Source: Candidatus Portnoybacteria bacterium (lineage in GTDB: Bacteria > Patescibacteriota > Minisyncoccia > Portnoybacterales > GWB1-42-6). Taken from it: a stretch of 53,626 nt of DNA. A program made the translations under genes and the position numbers. The DNA lies in NCBI GenBank assembly GCA_028688325.1, contig JAQTYI010000001.1:246994-300619 (forward strand), given 5' to 3'. The stretch's first letter is position 1. Each line of letters starts with the position of its first letter. The notes below the pieces were generated by a model that saw only the letters and a list, made by a program, of their open reading frames with translations, had not been told where the DNA came from and made no database searches. Below, piece after piece: positions 51,170 to 53,626 of the stretch.

Positions 51170-52351
51170 ATGAACACAAAAAAAATTCTCATTATTGCTT
51201 CTGTTTTACTGGCTCTATCGCTGGCTACACTGTTGGTTTATAATTTCTTTTTTAAGGCGCCAACCGGAACTGCTCCCCGGGAAACCGGCGTCGGAGCGCT
51301 GCCGAGTGGAAGCGCCGGGAAGGGAAGCGGCGGATCTTCTTTGCCCGGAGACACCAATGGAACCCAAGGCCAGGCGGCCTTGAAAATAAGGCCTGTCAGC
51401 AAAGAGCCGGTTCTGTCGCCGACCATCGGCGCCGACGGCCAGACGGTAAAATATTACACCCTCTCCAACGGCAATATTTTTGAGTCGGATTTTTTGGGCG
51501 GCAACCTTAAAAAAATATCCTCGGTCACCCTAAACGGCCTGCTTAAAGCGCTCTGGTCGCCGGATAAAAACGGGGTTATCGGCGTTTTTTCCGATAACAA
51601 TAAAATCAAAAAATATTTTTACAATTATATAAACAACCAGTCGTCGCTCCTCAATGAAAAAATCGGCTATGCGGCTTTCTCGCCGGACAGCAAGAAAATC
51701 TCTTACCAGTTCATCGACAATCAAAGCGGCCAAAATAACATCAGCACGGCAAATCCGGATGGCTCAAATTATAAGACCATCTTCAAAACCCGACTGGATA
51801 ATCTCATCGTTGAGTGGCCTGTCAAAGAAAAAATTTCCTTGCGCCAACCGCCAAGCGGCCTGGCCCAGGGCATACTTTATGCCATAAATTCCGAGACAGG
51901 GGATTTCACCAAGGTGCTGAGCGATATTTTCGGGCTCAGCGCGAAGTGGTCGCCCAAGGCCGACAAGATCCTTTATTCCTCAACGGACGACAGAGGAAAA
52001 AATCCCAAATTAACCCTATCCGACAGCACCGGCGCCAACTTTAAAAACCTAAAGCTGGCCGGCCTGGCTGATAAATGCGTCTGGGGCAAAGACGACCGGA
52101 CAATTTTTTGCGCCCTGCCCCAGGAGATATCAGAGAACGCCGTCTGGCCCGATGACTATTATAAAGGACTCGTCATTTTAGAGGATGATTTTTACAAGAT
52201 TAACCTGGAGACGGACACCAAAACAAAAATCCTGGGCTCTTCCGACCAAGGAAGCTATGACGCCCAGGAGCTGTTCCTCTCACCCAAAGAAGATTACCTG
52301 TTTTTCGTCAATAAGCGCGATGGCCTGCTTTATAGCATAAAAACACAATAA
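51170..52351 (+). CDS. Membrane-anchored TolB-like beta-propeller (PD40 repeat) protein
   Basis: N-terminal TM helix. Repeats such as FSPDSKKISYQF...NPDGSNYKTIF and WSPKADKILYSS. Confidence 0.6.
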   Translation: MNTKKILIIASVLLALSLATLLVYNFFFKAPTGTAPRETGVGALPSGSAGKGSGGSSLPGDTNGTQGQAALKIRPVSKEPVLSPTIGADGQTVKYYTLSNGNIFESDFLGGNLKKISSVTLNGLLKALWSPDKNGVIGVFSDNNKIKKYFYNYINNQSSLLNEKIGYAAFSPDSKKISYQFIDNQSGQNNISTANPDGSNYKTIFKTRLDNLIVEWPVKEKISLRQPPSGLAQGILYAINSETGDFTKVLSDIFGLSAKWSPKADKILYSSTDDRGKNPKLTLSDSTGANFKNLKLAGLADKCVWGKDDRTIFCALPQEISENAVWPDDYYKGLVILEDDFYKINLETDTKTKILGSSDQGSYDAQELFLSPKEDYLFFVNKRDGLLYSIKTQ

Positions 52352-53621
52352 TCCAGAAAACCAGCGCCAGGTCGTTTTTCCAAAAAGTGGTGTCTGCCAA
52401 GCCGTGAACCAGAACATATACCATCATAGCCGCCAAAAATATTGCCGGCCATGATGGTATTTTGTTTAATGATTTGAACGCCTGCCGGAAAAAAATCACC
52501 AGCAGCCAAATAAAACCGGCCAGGCCCAAAAGTCCCGCCTGCATCCACCAGGCCAGAAATAAGTTCTGGGGCTGAGGCACGGCCCACTCAAGATACGGCA
52601 CGGAAAAATATTTTTGGTATTCCAAATAATATCGCTGGAACATTCCCGGCCCGATACCCAAAATCCAGCTATCTTCCAAGATCTTTCCGGCCGCTTGCCA
52701 GATCATCAGGCGCGACTGCCAAGAAGAACGGGAAGAAGTAAACAGGCCGGCTAATTTATCGCTGTGCGCGCCATACATCTGAGAAAATAGCATAAACGCA
52801 AACGCAAGAAACAAGAAACAAGAAATAAGAAATAAATGCTTGCGATTTATTATTTTATATTTCCAAAAATAAAACAAAACGAAGGCCGCGGCCGCAAACA
52901 GTCCCAGCCAGGCGCCATAAGAATAAGTGAAACATAAAACAAGAAGCAAGAAGCAAGAAACAAAAAACAAGAAAGCTTTTTGATAAATTCTTTTTGTTTC
53001 CAACCACAAACCAACTCCAGCCAAAAGACCCGGCGCTAAAAACATTGCCAAGTGGTTGGGCGACAGATAAAAAGCCGACAAACGGCCATCAAAGGTCAGC
53101 CGGCTAAAAAAGAAATACCCCGCACTTATCGTCGCCACCGCGGCGCCGGAAGCCAACAAGGCCGAAAAAAATACTTTTACGCCGTCTTTTTCTCCCAGCA
53201 CATTATTAAAAATAGCGGCAAAGATTATCGGCGCTAAAAACCATGACTTTAAAATGCCTAACCCTGCCTTCAAGTCGGGCGAGAAGATCGTTGAAATAAG
53301 AACCCCCGCCAAGACCAATAATATCGGCCAAAATAATTTACTTTTTATAATTCTCTCGGTTCCTTTTTTTGTCATTCCCGCGAAGGCGGGAATCCAGGCC
53401 CGAATTAACCTGGATCCCGGGTCAAGCCCGGGATGACAATATAGCTGAATCTTTTTTATAAGCCAGACAAAAACAAAAACCCAAATCAGCGCCTCCAAAA
53501 CAGTCAGGGGCCACGAGCCGATCTTCAGCAAATAAAGCGGCGAGCAGAAGATGATCAGCCAGCCGCCCCAAACCGGCTTTTTCCAGGAAATAAATGCAAA
53601 AATCGCTAAGCCAAAAAACAA
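52308..53621 (-). CDS. O-antigen ligase (Wzy_C)-like polytopic membrane protein carrying an in-frame palindromic-element insert. The N-terminus may extend beyond the window.
   Basis: At least 10 TM helices and a YSYGAWLGLFAAAAF segment typical of Wzy_C. Its 3' end overlaps the convergent 51170-52351 gene by 44 bp. Confidence 0.65.
   Translation of the reverse strand: MFFGLAIFAFISWKKPVWGGWLIIFCSPLYLLKIGSWPLTVLEALIWVFVFVWLIKKIQLYCHPGLDPGSRLIRAWIPAFAGMTKKGTERIIKSKLFWPILLVLAGVLISTIFSPDLKAGLGILKSWFLAPIIFAAIFNNVLGEKDGVKVFFSALLASGAAVATISAGYFFFSRLTFDGRLSAFYLSPNHLAMFLAPGLLAGVGLWLETKRIYQKAFLFFVSCFLLLVLCFTYSYGAWLGLFAAAAFVLFYFWKYKIINRKHLFLISCFLFLAFAFMLFSQMYGAHSDKLAGLFTSSRSSWQSRLMIWQAAGKILEDSWILGIGPGMFQRYYLEYQKYFSVPYLEWAVPQPQNLFLAWWMQAGLLGLAGFIWLLVIFFRQAFKSLNKIPSWPAIFLAAMMVYVLVHGLADTTFWKNDLALVFWIIVFLCYKAGHRAY
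53370..53439 (-). mobile_element. Palindromic MITE-like element inserted in-frame within the O-antigen-ligase-like gene
   Basis: TGTCATTCCCGCGAAGGCGGGAATCCAGG...CCTGGATCCCGGGTCAAGCCCGGGATGACAA. It is translated on the minus strand as CHPGLDPGSRLIRAWIPAFAGMTKK. Confidence 0.75.
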
Positions 53622-53626
53622 TAAAA

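Noticed and set aside
1-53626. The CCGCTTT / AAAGCGG heptamer as a possible DNA-uptake-type over-represented motif, given the pilus and ComM genes.
   Set aside because: I noticed it repeatedly in non-coding regions (for example 1-100, 1709, 5900, 23650-23690) and in some genes. I cannot compute enrichment against expectation by eye. It needs a k-mer over-representation test before any claim can be made.

Overview
This 53.6-kb window looks like a chromosomal segment of a small-genome bacterium with no outer-membrane genes. It is most consistent with Candidate Phyla Radiation / Patescibacteria (Parcubacteria-like). The supporting signs are a short IF-2 lacking the long N-terminal region, DUF5671- and DUF4446-like proteins, a secretin-less type IV pilus operon, and a PrgI/VirB4/VirB6/TrbC-like-pilin locus. 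The standard code applies, since TGA is used as a stop (for example 14918-14920). The housekeeping content is: an RRM RNA-binding protein, infB-rbfA-nrnA, acyP, uppS, a DEAD-box helicase, a XerC/D recombinase, rpsO-NYN-pnp, a DksA/TraR zinc finger, a YifB/ComM ATPase, an M23/LysM peptidase, pcrA, rsmA, a membrane-fused spermidine-synthase-like protein and an O-antigen-ligase-like protein. There are six tRNA genes: Cys-GCA, Leu-TAA, Gly-TCC, Pro-TGG, Lys-CTT and Arg-TCT. Two envelope machines dominate the window. (i) 9.4-20.4 kb holds a histidine kinase, a receiver-only response regulator, pilB, pilC, four prepilin-like genes and pilMNO. (ii) 38.9-52.4 kb is a roughly 13-kb co-directional T4SS-like operon: a PrgI/VirB3-like gene, a VirB4 interrupted by one in-frame TAA, a VirB6-like gene, two tandem TrbC-like pilins with Cys-rich tails, and several unknown secreted or membrane proteins. 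No relaxase or coupling protein is present in the window. The non-coding DNA is unusually structured. (a) A ~133-nt inverted-repeat cassette occurs three times, each copy ending exactly at the ATG of a + strand gene (rpsO, dksA-like, pcrA). (b) A multi-hairpin palindromic MITE-like element (TGTCATTCCCG...CCCGGGATGACA) occurs three times, and two copies sit in-frame inside rsmA and the O-antigen-ligase gene. (c) At least three further families of long imperfect-hairpin spacers are built from short repeated words. (d) There is a promoter-to-terminator ~286-nt candidate ncRNA. (e) The 3D-domain gene has a terminator-containing leader. Two selfish-nuclease-like genes, one HTH+LAGLIDADG-like and one DUF559, sit next to tRNA genes. 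All calls rest on reading the ORF translations and the nucleotide sequence. No database search was run.
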